Assembly: GCA_964566495.1 (NCBI GenBank)
Contig: CAZMIT010000004.1
Location: forward strand, 1-42,031
Direction: 5' to 3'
Length of the DNA stretch: 42,031 nt
DNA from: an uncultured bacterium
GTDB taxonomy: Bacteria; T1Sed10-126
Shown: one piece after another, positions 17,142-28,615 of the stretch
Position numbering within the stretch: position 1 is the first letter of the stretch
How the letters are laid out: the number at the start of each line of letters is the position of its first letter
Made by a program: the position numbers and the translations under genes
Notes under the pieces: model-generated
The model's database searches: none
Seen by the model: only the letters and a program-made list of their open reading frames with translations
Told to the model about the DNA's origin: nothing

Positions 17142-17535
17142 CTATATCCCCCTTTTTCCCCTCGCCATGGTGACCAGCTCTCGGCTTTTTAGTGTTTAAC
17201 CCAGGAAGCAGCACTGTGCCCTTGGGCCGCTTAAATTTTTTCAGCAACGTTCGTCCTTTGAGTCTAACTTCTTCATAATTATCACGCAACTCAATTTCCT
17301 CCTCCGGGTCACCTAAAGCCCTCTGAATTTGCAGGCGAATAAAGCGGTGGTTAAAGAGCTGGGAGTTCGAGAGCAGTTTGACAAGCTCAAGAGCGTTGAT
17401 AGTATCTTCGGGATAGACGTTCTTTCGGCCGTCTTTTTTTACCGGAAGCTCATACTTCTGACACCAGTATTTTACATTTCGCTTGGAAATTCCTGTCTCT
17501 TCAATGACGTCATCCAGGTAGATTTTGTTACTCAT
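17125..17535 (-). CDS. MerR-like HTH DNA-binding protein
   Basis: N-terminal DVIEETGISKRNVKYW....L.VKKDGRK.VY....I..L; overlaps the murI start. Confidence 0.6.
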   Translation of the reverse strand: MSNKIYLDDVIEETGISKRNVKYWCQKYELPVKKDGRKNVYPEDTINALELVKLLSNSQLFNHRFIRLQIQRALGDPEEEIELRDNYEEVRLKGRTLLKKFKRPKGTVLLPGLNTKKPRAGHHGEGKKGDIDDVLL

Positions 17536-17748
17536 TTTAAGGCCTCCAGAAGAATATATTATTATCTCATTTCAGAGAGCTGTGTTGAAGTAAATTACTT
17601 TGATCCGCAAGCTATTTTAAAAAAAAGGACACTTACTTATATTTTTCGACACCTTTAAGGACAAGTGAAAGAAAAATCCCCCCGGCTGCTCTCTTTATTC
17701 GTAGTGATTAAGTCACTTTCAAAATTATCAGGGGCAGGAGCAGGCGTT

Positions 17749-18231
17749 TCAGTTGTTTTTGAGTTCAGACAACAACTGCTTCTGTGTCTTCCCAAAGACG
17801 GGATGTCGGAAGTTGGGAGCAATCTCGACCAGCGGTTTCAGGACAAAAAACCTTTGATGCAGGCGAGGGTGGGGAAGAATCGGGTTACTGCCGCTGATTT
17901 GGCGGCCGAAATAAAGCAAGTCCAGGTCGATTAGACGGTCAGGAGCGTTTTTTTCCCGATCGCGTCCAAGCTTTAACTCTAACTCCATCAACCTTTCCAG
18001 CGCTTCGGCCGGGTTCTCAAAAGAGGGGCAGTGCAGGCGAACAACCTGGTTCAGAAAAAAATTCTCCGAACTGATTCCCACCGGTTCAGTCTCAATAATT
18101 GAGGAACTTTCAACCTCTTCACAAAAGCGGCCCAGCTCAGTGCGGGCTTGCTCCAAATTTTTCTCACGGCAACCAAGATTTGTACCCAGTCCAATCAAAA
18201 CGGGAGATGAACTGTTCATTTGCGTTCTCAC
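17749..18231 (-). CDS. folK: 2-amino-4-hydroxy-6-hydroxymethyldihydropteridine pyrophosphokinase
   Basis: IGLGTNLG, ETEPVG, FLNQV, E..LGR.R....R.IDLDLL, LPHPRL..R.FVL.PL.EIAP. Confidence 0.95.
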   Translation of the reverse strand: MRTQMNSSSPVLIGLGTNLGCREKNLEQARTELGRFCEEVESSSIIETEPVGISSENFFLNQVVRLHCPSFENPAEALERLMELELKLGRDREKNAPDRLIDLDLLYFGRQISGSNPILPHPRLHQRFFVLKPLVEIAPNFRHPVFGKTQKQLLSELKNN

Positions 18232-18401
18232 CTTTTTTATGGCAGAATATTAAGCAAAACATTTCAATGTCATGCAGAACTTGATCCGGTTCCGATAATG
18301 CTGATATCGCAGGTAAATTCCTAATAGTGAAAGATTTGACCTAATAATCTTATCAAAAAGCTGCGGTGTTCAACGAGCCTATCCCCACAAGGAGGTTAGT
18401 A

Positions 18402-19619
18402 ATGTTATTCCTCGTCATAAATTGTGGCAGTTCTTCTCTTAAGTTTAAACTTGTTGAAACCTGCGCCGAGCAGATCGAAAATAACAGTGATAAAATCTTA
18501 ATACACGGCTCCGTCCAGGATATCGGGCAAGACATTTCAACCCTGGAGATCCACGACGGTGGTCTTGGCGTCCAGGAAGAGCTCAAAATTAATAACCATC
18601 ACGAGGCTCTTGAGGAGGCTATGCAAATCCTGGAGGACGATGCGACCGGTCCCTTGAAATCAGTAGAGGACCTGGACGCCGTCGGTCACCGGGTAGTCCA
18701 CGGCGGTGAGCTACTGAGTGAATCCGTAGTTATCGACGAAAAAGTCGAAGAACAAATTGAAGAGTGTATCCAATTTGCCCCCCTACACAACCCCCACAAT
18801 CTTGAAGGTATCAGGGCGGCTCGCGAGCACTTCCCGGGGACGCCGCAGATTGCCGCGTTCGACACTGGTGTTCACCAGACTCTTCCCAAAAAATCTTACA
18901 TGTACGCAATCCCCCGAAAGTATTATGAGGAACATGGCATCAGGCGCTATGGGTTTCACGGTCTGAGCCATCGCTATCTGCGCTGGCGCTCTGCTCAGAT
19001 GCTGGAGACAAACACGGGTGACATTAAAGTTGTAACCTGCCACCTTGGTAACGGGGCCTCTCTGGCCGCTTTTGACGGTAAAACTGTTATTGACACCTCG
19101 ATGGGTTTTACACCACTGGAAGGGTTGGTAATGGGAACACGCTCTGGCGACCTTGACCCGGCCGTAGTCACTTACATTATGCAGCTCGAGGACTTTAGCC
19201 GTGAGGAAATCGACCGTGTTTTGAACAAGGAAAGCGGTCTGCTCGGCCTGTCCGGCGAGACCAACGACATGCGTACATTGCTGGGAATGATGGGGGAGGG
19301 CAATGAAAGGGCTGAGCTGGCTATCGATGTCTTCTGTCAGCGGCTGAAAAAATATATCTGCGCTTACTATGGGTTGCTCAATGGTGCCGAGGCAATCGTT
19401 TTTAGCGGTGGGATTGGCGAAAACTCTTACGCTGTCCGCGAACGAGCGATTAGTGGCCTGGACGGACTTGGCATAGTTCCTGATTTTTCTGCAAACAAGG
19501 AGCTGGTCGGCGAGGCGGGCGTCTTCACCGGAGCTAACGGTAACACCGAGCTTATGGTAATTCCTACTAATGAAGAACTGATGATCGCCCGCGACTGCTA
19601 TCGCTGTCTGGAAGGTTAA
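18402..19619 (+). CDS. ackA: Acetate kinase
   Basis: LVINCGSSSLKF, GHRVVHGG, APLHNP, RRYGFHG.SH, HLGNGAS, DTSMGFTPLEG, GGIGEN, TNEE; ATG 18402 after AGGAGG. Confidence 0.97.
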   Translation: MLFLVINCGSSSLKFKLVETCAEQIENNSDKILIHGSVQDIGQDISTLEIHDGGLGVQEELKINNHHEALEEAMQILEDDATGPLKSVEDLDAVGHRVVHGGELLSESVVIDEKVEEQIEECIQFAPLHNPHNLEGIRAAREHFPGTPQIAAFDTGVHQTLPKKSYMYAIPRKYYEEHGIRRYGFHGLSHRYLRWRSAQMLETNTGDIKVVTCHLGNGASLAAFDGKTVIDTSMGFTPLEGLVMGTRSGDLDPAVVTYIMQLEDFSREEIDRVLNKESGLLGLSGETNDMRTLLGMMGEGNERAELAIDVFCQRLKKYICAYYGLLNGAEAIVFSGGIGENSYAVRERAISGLDGLGIVPDFSANKELVGEAGVFTGANGNTELMVIPTNEELMIARDCYRCLEG

Positions 19620-19662
19620 AATTCACCGGCGCCCAGAGTAACACCTATCGATCGCTGTTCGC

Positions 19663-20676
19663 TTATTTCTCCGCGATTGTTTCTTCCACTTTCACTCCAA
19701 AATGTCGGCCGGCTTCCTCATAGAAAGCCAGCACCTCGTCGCCGGCTCGCAGACGTGCGACCGAGACAGGCTCACCGCCAGGAGCGACGAGATTAATGGT
19801 CTCGGCGTTCTGGAGAACCAGCGATATTTCCTTTTTCCCCTCCTCGGTTTCCAGCTCGGCGTTTACTTTCATCAGGGGGCGTTTTTCCAGCTTGGAACGA
19901 CCGATAATCGCCGGTTTTCCCCGCCCCTTGTGATCGATTACGGTAACTTCGTCGCCCGTCTGCAATTCCGCCAGATATTTTGTGCAGTCGCCGGGTGTTC
20001 GGATATAAGCGTGGACCCCACCGGCGTTTACGCGGAAGGGACGGGAGGCGACGTATTCGGACTGTTTTACTTCTGCCGAAACTAAGAACATGCCGGCGCT
20101 GGAGTCGCCAACCAACATTCCCTCGCCCTCCGTCATCATCGTACAGGTATCGACACATACCCGGTCGCCAAGCCCTAACTTTTCGACGGCCGTAATCACC
20201 GCCGTCTGCAGGTCGTAGCTGACGTCGACATTTTTAATCAAATCAACCGTATTTTCAACCTCGCTCAGACAATTGGTCTCCAGTAAAACCCCGTCCACAC
20301 CTTTTTCTAACGTTTCCAGGGCAGTTCGAGCGTCCTCGGCTGAATCAACCCGGGCGAATAAATTTTCTGTCTGGGCGATCAAATTTTCCAGCGGAATTAT
20401 CATCCAGTCCGCCGTCTCCACAATTACATAGCGATGCACCGATTCGGCAAGCACCTTTTCCTCGTCTTCCTTACCAGAAATTGTAACGGTGGTAACGTCT
20501 TCGCCGGGGACAAGGTCGCCGTCGGGAGTTATTGTCTCCACAACACCCAGTTGATTGACCCGCTCTCCAATTTCTTTTTCGCAATAAATACCATCAACAC
20601 CGGCCTCTAAACAGCCAGTAATGAAATTGCGGTCGTAGTCCTCGACCGCCACCCAAATTTTACCTTTTTTACTCAT
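19663..20676 (-). CDS. 3-dehydroquinate synthase II (AroB', archaeal-type)
   Basis: [58 protein letters not shown]....E.I.EK. Confidence 0.93.
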   Translation of the reverse strand: MSKKGKIWVAVEDYDRNFITGCLEAGVDGIYCEKEIGERVNQLGVVETITPDGDLVPGEDVTTVTISGKEDEEKVLAESVHRYVIVETADWMIIPLENLIAQTENLFARVDSAEDARTALETLEKGVDGVLLETNCLSEVENTVDLIKNVDVSYDLQTAVITAVEKLGLGDRVCVDTCTMMTEGEGMLVGDSSAGMFLVSAEVKQSEYVASRPFRVNAGGVHAYIRTPGDCTKYLAELQTGDEVTVIDHKGRGKPAIIGRSKLEKRPLMKVNAELETEEGKKEISLVLQNAETINLVAPGGEPVSVARLRAGDEVLAFYEEAGRHFGVKVEETIAEK

Positions 20677-21475
20677 TTAGAATCGCCTCCGCCTTTTCTG
20701 CCGGCTGTCCGCGGTGAACAATTGAGGAAATAGCCTCGACCATGCGATTGGGCTCTGTTGCCTGGAAAACGTTTCTACCTATAGAAACGCCGCGCGAGCC
20801 GGCCTCTTGAGCTCCTTGGACCATTTCTAATATACTCGTTTCGTCTTTCATCTTCTCGCCTCCGGCAATTACTACGGGTACCGGGCAACCTTCGATCACA
20901 CGTGTGAAGCTATCCGGGTCGCCGGTGTAATTACATTTAACAATATCAGCGCCCAGCTCGGCGCCAACCCGGGCCGCGTGAGCGACGACGTCCGTCGCAT
21001 ACTCATTATCAATCCTCGGGCCGCGGGTGTACATCATGGCGACCAACGGGATTCCCCACTGCTGACATTTATTACCAATTTCACCGAATTTCTGGAGCAT
21101 GAGGTATTCGTTTTCAGCACCCAGATTAATATGAATTGAAACAGCGTCAGCTCCCAGACGCACGGCTTCTTCCACGGTACAGCTCTGGATCTTATGATTA
21201 GGTCGCAGCGAAAGAGACGTGCTGGCCGACATGTGAATGATAAGCCCCACGTCTTCACCACCACCGCGGTGACCGTGAGCCACCATGCCCTTGTGCATCA
21301 GCACAGCCGTTGCGCCCCCCTCGACAACGTTGTCCACAGCCTCGGACATATTCTCCAGTCCGGGCACGGGACCAATCGTTACCCCGTGATCCATGGGCAC
21401 AATCACGGTGTTGCCCGAATCACGGTTCATCAACCTCTCCATACGAATATCCTTGCCAATCATTACTGAATTCAC
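20669..21475 (-). CDS. 2-amino-3,7-dideoxy-D-threo-hept-6-ulosonate synthase (AroA', DhnA-family aldolase)
   Basis: [43 protein letters not shown]; translationally coupled to DHQ synthase II. Confidence 0.9.
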   Translation of the reverse strand: MNSVMIGKDIRMERLMNRDSGNTVIVPMDHGVTIGPVPGLENMSEAVDNVVEGGATAVLMHKGMVAHGHRGGGEDVGLIIHMSASTSLSLRPNHKIQSCTVEEAVRLGADAVSIHINLGAENEYLMLQKFGEIGNKCQQWGIPLVAMMYTRGPRIDNEYATDVVAHAARVGAELGADIVKCNYTGDPDSFTRVIEGCPVPVVIAGGEKMKDETSILEMVQGAQEAGSRGVSIGRNVFQATEPNRMVEAISSIVHRGQPAEKAEAILNE

Positions 21476-21610
21476 CTCAAAAGTTTTCTGATTTTACTAC
21501 AAGCTGGCACGATTCATTACATTGCTACCGTTGCGTCGACATAAAGAAATCCAGTTATTTTGTTAACAATAACTGTCAATAGTATAGCGTCGTGCGGTTA
21601 ATTAACCGGG

Positions 21611-23250
<1,640 letters not shown>

Positions 23251-23339
23251 AATTTTTACCTCCTTTATACTGCTCTAATATTAAACAACCTCGAAAATCA
23301 TACCAAAACCCTGTTGTCTGTCAATTTATGTGCCAGCGA

Positions 23340-23804
23340 TCAAGAAGCTTTTAGAACTCTCAAACTGGTTGTGCGGGCGTTTTCCTTTATCGCCAGCCCG
23401 GCCGCCGGGACTCGCAAGGGCAGAATGAGCTTCAATTCGTCGAGCTCGCCGCTGAACCGCTTACCTGGCTGTGTCGCCCCCCCCTTAAGCAGGTTATTGT
23501 GGGGTTCTATAACCGCTGTTTCCTCGGGGAGAAGACTGAGTTGCTCATTTAACTCTAACAAATAATCGCCCTCTTCCAGCTCCCACCAGCCGTAGTCGTC
23601 ACTGGCTGATCGCTTTTTGGGCCGTATCTCGCGACGCCCGGCCGCTTTGAATTCACTACCGCCAAAGTCAAGTTCACCCCGCTCCGTCAGCTCGTATACA
23701 GCGGCCGCGGTCAACGATACTTCCCTCGCCTCAACCTGCGTCTCTTCGTAGATAGTTTTGGTCAAGCGACGCTCAAAAATCTTATCACCGGATAGCCAGG
23801 ACAT
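23340..23804 (-). CDS. dCTP deaminase/dUTPase-superfamily protein (haloarchaeal/Salinibacter type)
   Basis: ETQ....SLT...VY.....G.LDFGGSE, DDYGWWEL..G.YL...NE, G..I.ENAR. Confidence 0.7.
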   Translation of the reverse strand: MSWLSGDKIFERRLTKTIYEETQVEAREVSLTAAAVYELTERGELDFGGSEFKAAGRREIRPKKRSASDDYGWWELEEGDYLLELNEQLSLLPEETAVIEPHNNLLKGGATQPGKRFSGELDELKLILPLRVPAAGLAIKENARTTSLRVLKAS

Positions 23805-24139
23805 GGTTTTAACCTCCAGTTGCGTAAGATATAAATTTAACCTTCACACTAATTTTGCTTCTCTATCTGTTAACTTTACAAAAAATACTGACTTTTTGAA
23901 ATACCCCGGGCTGCCGGTCCAGTATCTTCTCGCGTTTTTCTCTCTCCGCCACTCTCCCGTGGAGAAAGGGAAACCGTCACTGAGTTCGTCATCGCAGGGA
24001 CCGCCGGCAATCTGTTTTTATTTCCCTTTTCTTTCCTCCGGGCAATGGGGATATGAATTGGAAGGTTCTGGACAGATATAGGTAAAACTTGAAGACAACC
24101 GGCCATAATGGTATTCTTTTCCTCGTTTGAGCAATAATC

Positions 24140-24223
24140 GAGTCCACACCAAAAAGTTTCCCCCTTGTGGAGGAAGCCAAAGGGGGACCCTGGAAGGGGA
24201 GAGAGGGTTTTTGGGAGGGACTC
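24140..24223. repeat. 84-bp inverted-repeat-bounded element upstream of thrS
   Basis: GAGTCCACACCAAAAA ... TTTTTGGGAGGGACTC (13/16 inverted match), enclosing a TCCCCCTT..AAGGGGGA palindrome; no clear TSD. Confidence 0.5.
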
Positions 24224-24257
24224 ACAACTAAAATTATCAGAATTGCGAGTGATTTTG

Positions 24258-26174
24258 ATGAAACAGGTTAAAATCATGGATGATGTAGTAGAGATGTCCG
24301 ACAACCAGTCTCTGCACGAATTGTCGCAAGATTTAGACAAACAAGAAGCGCTTGCTGCCCTGGTAAACGGTGAGCTTACCGATCTGCGCGACCAGCCGCC
24401 GTCGGAAGCTGAAATAGATTTCGTAACTTACCAGGACCCGGCCGGCAAGCACGTCTACTGGCATACCGCCTCCCACGTGCTGGCCCACGCCATGCACTAT
24501 TACATGGATGGTGATCTAAAACTGGCGATCGGTCCGCCGGTGGATGATGGGTTTTATTACGATTTTGATCTGCCCCGCAACCTCTCAAAGGACGAGCTGG
24601 AAAACCTCGAGGGGATTATGCAGCAAATTATTCAACGCGATATCCTGATTGAACGTTACTCCTGCAGCGCTGAGGAGGCGCGGCAAAAATTTGAAGAAAG
24701 CGGCGCGAAATACAAACTGGAACTACTTGAAGAGCTCGACGACGAACCTTGCTTCTACCGGCAACAGGATTTTGAAGATTTATGTAGTGGTCCGCACTTG
24801 ATGTCAACCGGCGAGCTGGGTGTCGTAAAGCTTACCAAGCTTGCTGGCGCTTACTGGCGCGGCGACGAGGACGGTCCAATGCTCCAGCGGGTCTACGGTA
24901 TTGCCTTCCAGGAGGAAGCAGAACTGGAAGAATACGAGAAGAAGATGGAGGAGGCTAAAAAACGTGACCACCGGCGTCTTGGCCGTGAACTGGATCTCTT
25001 CCACATCAGTGAAGAAGTGGGACCGGGTTTGATGCTCTGGCATCCGCGTGGCGCTGAAATACGTCAGGAAATTGAAAATTACTGGCGTGACCGGCACCGT
25101 CAGGAGGGCTATCGTGCAGTTCGCACCCCCCACCTGGCCCAGGAGAAGCTCTGGAATATAAGCGGTCACCTCGATCACTACGCGGAGCACATGTTTCCTC
25201 GCATGGAGATGGATGACCGCAACTACCGGGTTAAGCCGATGAACTGTCCCTTTCACATGCAAATATTTAACTCCCGGACCCGTAGCTATCGTGACCTACC
25301 GATCCGTTACGCCGAGCTGGGTACTGTCTACCGCTATGAAAAATCCGGCGTTCTACACGGTCTTCTGCGGGTGCGCGGATTTACCCAGGACGACGCTCAC
25401 ATTTACTGCCGTCCTGAGCAGCTCGAGGACGAACTGCAGAACTTGCTTGAGTTTACCACGGAAATACTCTCCACCTTTGGATTCACGGACTACGAAATAT
25501 TCGTAAGTACCAGACCGGACGACTACGTTGGCGCGGAGGAGCGCTGGGAGCTGGCTACCAACTCCCTCAAAAATGCCCTGGGTCAGGCCGGTCTTGACTA
25601 CGATATTGATCCTGGCGAGGGGGTCTATTACGGTCCTAAAATTGACCTTAAAATACGTGATTCTCTGGACCGTGAGTGGCAGTGTAGCACCATTCAGGTG
25701 GATTTCAATATACCGGAACGTTTTGATGTCGCCTATGTTGATGAGAACGGGGAGGAACGGCGCCCAATTATGATTCACCGGGCTCTTTTTGGGTCAATCG
25801 AGAGGTTTTTTGGTTGCCTGGTTGAACACTACGGCGGCGCCTTCCCCCCCTGGCTGGCTCCGACGCCTGTCTGGATCCTGCCGGTTGATCCCGCAAATCG
25901 CGAATACGCCGAGGAAATAGCCGCTCAGTTTCGAAATGAAAACATCAATTCGAGTATTCAGCCGGCCACCGAAAGCCTTGGCAAACGAATTCGCACTGCT
26001 ATCAAACAAAAGATCCCTTACGCAATTATAGTCGGCAGCGATGAAGAAGAGGCCAGAAGCGTTGAGGTTCGAACTTATGGTGAGGAAGAAAGCAACACCC
26101 TGGCTGTTGATGAAGCCGTCGGACGGCTTCGCCAGATTATTGATTCCAGGCAGCCGATAACGCCACTGGCCTAA
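24258..26174 (+). CDS. thrS: Threonine--tRNA ligase
   Basis: WHTASHVLA, GFYYDF, DLCSGPH, GAYWRGD, RDHRRLG, KPMNCP.H, RVRGFTQDDAH, YGPKID, IHRA..GS.ERF; ATG 24258. Confidence 0.98.
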   Translation: MKQVKIMDDVVEMSDNQSLHELSQDLDKQEALAALVNGELTDLRDQPPSEAEIDFVTYQDPAGKHVYWHTASHVLAHAMHYYMDGDLKLAIGPPVDDGFYYDFDLPRNLSKDELENLEGIMQQIIQRDILIERYSCSAEEARQKFEESGAKYKLELLEELDDEPCFYRQQDFEDLCSGPHLMSTGELGVVKLTKLAGAYWRGDEDGPMLQRVYGIAFQEEAELEEYEKKMEEAKKRDHRRLGRELDLFHISEEVGPGLMLWHPRGAEIRQEIENYWRDRHRQEGYRAVRTPHLAQEKLWNISGHLDHYAEHMFPRMEMDDRNYRVKPMNCPFHMQIFNSRTRSYRDLPIRYAELGTVYRYEKSGVLHGLLRVRGFTQDDAHIYCRPEQLEDELQNLLEFTTEILSTFGFTDYEIFVSTRPDDYVGAEERWELATNSLKNALGQAGLDYDIDPGEGVYYGPKIDLKIRDSLDREWQCSTIQVDFNIPERFDVAYVDENGEERRPIMIHRALFGSIERFFGCLVEHYGGAFPPWLAPTPVWILPVDPANREYAEEIAAQFRNENINSSIQPATESLGKRIRTAIKQKIPYAIIVGSDEEEARSVEVRTYGEEESNTLAVDEAVGRLRQIIDSRQPITPLA

Positions 26175-26179
26175 AACCC

Positions 26180-26289
26180 CAAAATCTTACGGCGGTTTCG
26201 TCATTGCCGGGCTTGACCCGGCAATCCATCTTCTTCACCCCCCTTTGTCTTTCCCCCCTTCAAGGGGGGAATGACGGTGGAAGTTTTTG
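26180..26289. mobile_element. 110-bp MITE-like insert with 9-bp TSD carrying two REP-like palindromes
   Basis: CTAAAACCC at 26171-26179 and 26290-26298; ends CAAAATCTTACGGCG / CGGTGGAAGTTTTTG (11/15 inverted match); cargo GTCATTGCCGGGCTTGACCCGGCAATCCA and CACCCCCC..TTCCCCCCTTCAAGGGGGGAA. Confidence 0.65.
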
Positions 26290-26389
26290 CTAAAACCCCA
26301 AAAAATGTTATTATTTTGGCGAAAATAAGATATCATTACTTGGATGTACAGGTAATGAGCCACAAAATCTTGTTTTGGAGGTGCCTTTA

Positions 26390-26905
26390 ATAGGAAAATC
26401 TGAGGAGAATATTCGTGTCAACGAGGAAATTAACGATGATGAGGTAAGGCTGGTCACCGAGGAAAGTGAGCAGATTGGTATAGTTTCAACGGAGAAGGCG
26501 TTGGAGGAGGCCAGAAGTCGCGACAAGGATCTGGTGGAAGTAGCTCCAAATGCCGATCCGGTTGTAGTAAAAATGATGGACTATGGCAAATACAAATACG
26601 AGAAGCAAAAGGCTCGCCAGGCGGCGCGCCAGGCCCAGGATACGATGAAGTTGAAGCAATTGCGGTTCAACCCGCAGATTGACGATCATGATTTAAACTT
26701 CAAGCTCAACGACGCCCGGCGTTTTCTGGACAACAACAACAAGGTAAAATTCCAGGTTTTTTTCCGGGGACGTCAGATCACCAAGCCCGAGCTAGGGGAA
26801 GACCTTTTAAACCGGATCAAAGAGGAACTTGAGGACGAGGGAGAAGTAACTAAGGAACCAACCATGGAAGGTCACATGATGACCATGGTAATTGAACCCA
26901 ACTGA
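26390..26905 (+). CDS. infC: Translation initiation factor IF-3
   Basis: RVNEEI...EVRLV, DLVEVAPNADP.V.K.MDYGKYKYE, FRGRQ; probable ATA start 6 nt after GGAGGTG. Confidence 0.97.
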   Translation: MGKSEENIRVNEEINDDEVRLVTEESEQIGIVSTEKALEEARSRDKDLVEVAPNADPVVVKMMDYGKYKYEKQKARQAARQAQDTMKLKQLRFNPQIDDHDLNFKLNDARRFLDNNNKVKFQVFFRGRQITKPELGEDLLNRIKEELEDEGEVTKEPTMEGHMMTMVIEPN

Positions 26906-26924
26906 TTAATCGGAGGTATAATTT

Positions 26925-27125
26925 ATGTCTGAAAAAATGAAGACCAGAAAAGCGGTTGCAAAACGGTTTAAAATTACTGGAACCGGTAAAGTTATGCATC
27001 ACAGGGCCCGTAAAAGCCATCTGCTCTCCAAAATGGGGAGCGACACCAAGCGCCAGCTAAAAGGCTCCAAGGAGATTGACCGTTCGGACTTTAAACGAGT
27101 CAAACAAATGATGCCCTACGGCTGA
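26925..27125 (+). CDS. rpmI: 50S ribosomal protein L35
   Basis: KMKTRKAVAKRFKITGTGKV..H...H.L; lies between infC and rplT. Confidence 0.96.
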   Translation: MSEKMKTRKAVAKRFKITGTGKVMHHRARKSHLLSKMGSDTKRQLKGSKEIDRSDFKRVKQMMPYG

Positions 27126-27251
27126 GTATCTCTTTATACTGAGACATATCTGGAGCTTTACCCGCCTGTCCGGCTTATACCACAGCCGCAAATAACTGTT
27201 TTAAAATAGAAATACAAAAAACACCTAAGTTTAGAGAAGGAGGAGTAGAAA

Positions 27252-27605
27252 ATGGCTCGTACCAAAAAAAGCAAGATCAGACGGCGACGACACAAGAAAA
27301 TTCTCAAGCAAGCTCGGGGTTACCGGGGTGGCCGCAGCACCAACTACCGGGAAGCGAAGCAGAGCGTTGAACGCGGACTCAAGCACGCTTATCGCCATCG
27401 CAAGGAAAAAAAGCGTAACTTTCGTCGCCTCTGGATCACCCGCATTAACGCTGCCGCCCGCAAGGAGGGCATGTCCTACAGCAATTTAATGGGAAAACTT
27501 AAAAAAGCCGACGTTGAACTGAACCGCAAGATGTTGGCGGACATAGCCGTTCGTGATCCCGAAGCCTTCGGCGCTATAGTTGATTTTGCCCGGGAGAGTG
27601 AGTAA
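27252..27605 (+). CDS. rplT: 50S ribosomal protein L20
   Basis: [47 protein letters not shown]. Confidence 0.97.
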   Translation: MARTKKSKIRRRRHKKILKQARGYRGGRSTNYREAKQSVERGLKHAYRHRKEKKRNFRRLWITRINAAARKEGMSYSNLMGKLKKADVELNRKMLADIAVRDPEAFGAIVDFARESE

Positions 27606-27607
27606 AC

Positions 27608-28603
27608 TTGCCTTCACCGCTCGAGCTGCTGGATCAGCTCGAAAGTGAGGCTCCGGTAGAACTGGATGACTGCACCTCCTCGGAAGAGCTGGAGGATTAT
27701 CGCGTAGAATACCTGGGGCGCAGTGGTAAATTACGTAAGATCCTCAGTTCAATGGCTGAAGTGCCGGCCGAGAAACGTCCTGAAGTTGGAAAAAGGGCGA
27801 ATAAGCTCAAGCAAAAACTTACCCAAAAGTTTGAACAAAAAAAGGAGGAAATTGCGGCTGCCGGGGCAGAAGAAAGTGAAGAACCTTTTGATCCCACCCT
27901 GCCCGGACGCTCCCCCGCACAGGGAAGCAAGCATCCTCTTAACCTGGCTCTCGAACAAATTATTGAAATATTTGAACGGATGGGCTACTCCACTGAAAAA
28001 GGTCCGGAAGTAGAAACTGATTTCTATAATTTTGAAGCCCTGAATATCCCTGCCGATCACCCCGCCCGTGACATGCATGACACCCTTTATCTCGAGGATG
28101 GTCGACTGTTAAGAACCCACACCTCTCCGGTCCAGGTGCACGTGATGGAAGCCGAGCAGCCTCCGCTACAAATTATTGCTCCCGGTCGCACGTTCCGGCG
28201 CGACGCCGCCGATATGTCACACTCGCCCGTCTTTCATCAGGTCGAAGGGTTATGGGTGGATCGTCAGGCAAGTTTCGCCGATTTGAAAGGGACACTGGAA
28301 CTCTTTGTCCACCGTTTTTTTGGCCCGGAAACACGGCTTCGTTTCCGGCCCAGCTATTTTCCTTTTACTGAGCCCTCGGCTGAAGTAGATATAAAATTTG
28401 AGCAGGCCGGTGGCGAATGGTTGGAAATTTTAGGCGCCGGCATGGTCGACCCGGAAGTTTTTAAAGCCGTCGGCTACGACACCGATTGCTGGCAGGGCTT
28501 TGCATTCGGCATGGGGGTCGAAAGACTGGCAATGCTTAAATATGGTATTGACAATCTGCAGCTCTTCTATGAAAATGATCTCAGGTTCTTGAAACAATTT
28601 TAA
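27608..28603 (+). CDS. pheS: Phenylalanine--tRNA ligase alpha subunit
   Basis: NFEALNIP.DHPARDMHDT, LRTHTSPVQ, HSPVFHQVEG, RPSYFPFTEPS, GFAFGMGVERL. Confidence 0.98.
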   Translation: MPSPLELLDQLESEAPVELDDCTSSEELEDYRVEYLGRSGKLRKILSSMAEVPAEKRPEVGKRANKLKQKLTQKFEQKKEEIAAAGAEESEEPFDPTLPGRSPAQGSKHPLNLALEQIIEIFERMGYSTEKGPEVETDFYNFEALNIPADHPARDMHDTLYLEDGRLLRTHTSPVQVHVMEAEQPPLQIIAPGRTFRRDAADMSHSPVFHQVEGLWVDRQASFADLKGTLELFVHRFFGPETRLRFRPSYFPFTEPSAEVDIKFEQAGGEWLEILGAGMVDPEVFKAVGYDTDCWQGFAFGMGVERLAMLKYGIDNLQLFYENDLRFLKQF

Positions 28604-28615
28604 CGGAGCGGTTCA

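Noticed and set aside
23876..24340. 154-aa minus-strand ORF, and the 24165 N-terminal extension of thrS
   Set aside because: Both run across repeat-derived intergenic DNA, the first is antisense to thrS, and neither has recognisable motifs.
27126..27251. L20 leader or regulatory RNA between rpmI and rplT
   Set aside because: Only short, weak hairpins are present and no recognisable consensus.
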